This document shows positions 23,242-24,000 of a stretch of 24,000 nt of DNA, piece by piece. The translations under genes and the position numbers were made by a program. Every line of letters begins with the position of its first letter. Within the stretch, counting starts at the first letter, position 1. The notes below the pieces were generated by a model, which saw nothing but the letters and a program-made list of their open reading frames with translations, was not told the DNA's origin and searched no databases. Source of the DNA: Candidatus Aenigmatarchaeota archaeon (GTDB taxonomy: Archaea; Aenigmatarchaeota; Aenigmatarchaeia; JACPZZ01); contig JACPAF010000001.1 in the NCBI GenBank assembly GCA_016180965.1, positions 1 to 24,000 of the forward strand, given 5' to 3'.

Positions 23242-23862
23242 ATGGCCGACAAAGAACAAATATTGGCAGAGATAGAAAAACTCGTCAAAGAGCGCTGCAT
23301 TGATGACGCGACGGGCCATGACTGGAATCACATAGATCGTGTGCGCAGAAACTCGCTGAAGATCGCGAAAAAAGAGGGTGGCGATGCTTTCATAATCGAA
23401 TTGGCTGCTCTGCTTCACGACGTAGAGGACTGGAAGACGGAAAATTACAAAAGCGGAATTGTTGCCAAATGGTTGGATAATTATGGTACGAATAAAAACG
23501 ACAAACAAAAAATAATGAACATAATAGAAAGAATTTCCTTCAAAGGCACAAACCACGATGATAATATGGACTCCATTGAGGGGAAAATAGTACAAGACGC
23601 AGACCGTTTGGATGCTATAGGCGCGATAGGTTTGGCCAGATGTATAGCTTTCGGCACGAGCAAAAATAGAACCTTATACGACCCGTCAATAGAACCGGAC
23701 ATGGGAATGAAACGCAACACAACCACGATAAACCATTTTTACGAGAAACTGCTTTTGTTGAAAGACAGGATGAACACGAAGACTGCCAAAGAACTTGCCA
23801 AAGAAAGACACGAATTTATGGATATGTTTTTAAAACAATTCTTTAGGGAGTGGAACAAATGA
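23242..23862 (+). CDS. HD-domain phosphohydrolase
   Basis: HDWNHIDRV, LAALLHDVED and QDADRLDAIGAIG give the H...HD...D metal-binding pattern. Confidence 0.8.
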   Translation: MADKEQILAEIEKLVKERCIDDATGHDWNHIDRVRRNSLKIAKKEGGDAFIIELAALLHDVEDWKTENYKSGIVAKWLDNYGTNKNDKQKIMNIIERISFKGTNHDDNMDSIEGKIVQDADRLDAIGAIGLARCIAFGTSKNRTLYDPSIEPDMGMKRNTTTINHFYEKLLLLKDRMNTKTAKELAKERHEFMDMFLKQFFREWNK

Positions 23863-24000
23863 AAATTATTTGCCTTGTGGGGATGCCCGGCTCCGGGAAG
23901 GGTGAAATAAACAAGATACTCGAATCTGAAAATATACCGACCGTGGTCATGAGTTCAATTGTGCGTGATGAAGTCAAAAAACGCAATTTAGAGTTAAACA
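23859..24000 (+). CDS. P-loop nucleotide kinase-like protein (UPF0200/adenylate-kinase-like), 3'-truncated by the window edge
   Basis: ATG 23859 overlaps the upstream TGA as ATGA. My translation is MKIICLVGMPGSGKGEINKILESENIPTVVMSSIVRDEVKKRNLELN, with Walker A GMPGSGKG. It is absent from the ORF track because it is partial. Confidence 0.6.
   Translation, partial: MKIICLVGMPGSGKGEINKILESENIPTVVMSSIVRDEVKKRNLELN

Noticed and set aside
1-24000. Stop-codon reassignment or another alternative genetic code as an explanation for the unusual aRF1.
   Set aside because: Well-supported genes in the window terminate at TAA (ValRS, Elp3, TatD), TAG (aRF1, L37e) and TGA (MetRS, S8e, Sm) at the positions expected from family lengths. 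No conserved gene needs read-through.
1-24000. CRISPR arrays, transposases, integrases, toxin-antitoxin pairs or known defence-system genes.
   Set aside because: I saw no regularly spaced direct repeats. No ORF has DDE, tyrosine or serine recombinase motifs, Cas motifs or defence-associated motifs. The NYN/TatD/methyltransferase cluster lacks the partner genes expected of restriction or TA systems.

Overview
This window reads as a compact, housekeeping chromosomal segment from an archaeon. The evidence is aRF1, ribosomal proteins S8e and L37e, an Sm-like protein, Elp3, and intron-containing tRNAs. Its style fits a small-genome or uncultivated (DPANN-like) lineage, but that lineage guess is inference only. 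Coding density is very high, with 4-nt gene overlaps and divergent start codons only 24 and 34 nt apart.

The content is dominated by translation:
- MetRS (5'-truncated by the window edge), ValRS and aRF1.
- S8e and the Sm-L37e pair.
- An EF-Tu-like protein without a P-loop.
- The Elp3 and Trm9-like wobble-uridine modification pair.
- Four tRNA genes: Ile-GAT, Ala-CGC, Lys-CTT with one intron, and Met/Ile2-CAT with two apparent introns.

Other genes:
- A 1521-aa sequon-rich surface metalloprotease.
- A methyltransferase-TatD-NYN operon.
- An MBL hydrolase, an EamA transporter and a class-III aminotransferase.
- An HD hydrolase and a partial P-loop kinase.
- Several orphan proteins.

I saw no rRNA, CRISPR array, transposase, integrase or recognisable defence genes.

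The most unusual observations:
1. The aRF1 has intact stop-codon-reading motifs, but the universal catalytic GGQ reads GGW.
2. A 31-nt hairpin with compensatory base changes ends exactly 10 nt upstream of two different tRNA genes. A rearranged version sits upstream of a third.
3. A CAT-anticodon tRNA carries a 12-nt non-canonical intron at 30/31 plus a 43-nt intron at 37/38.

All calls come from reading the sequence and the supplied ORF translations. No database search was run.
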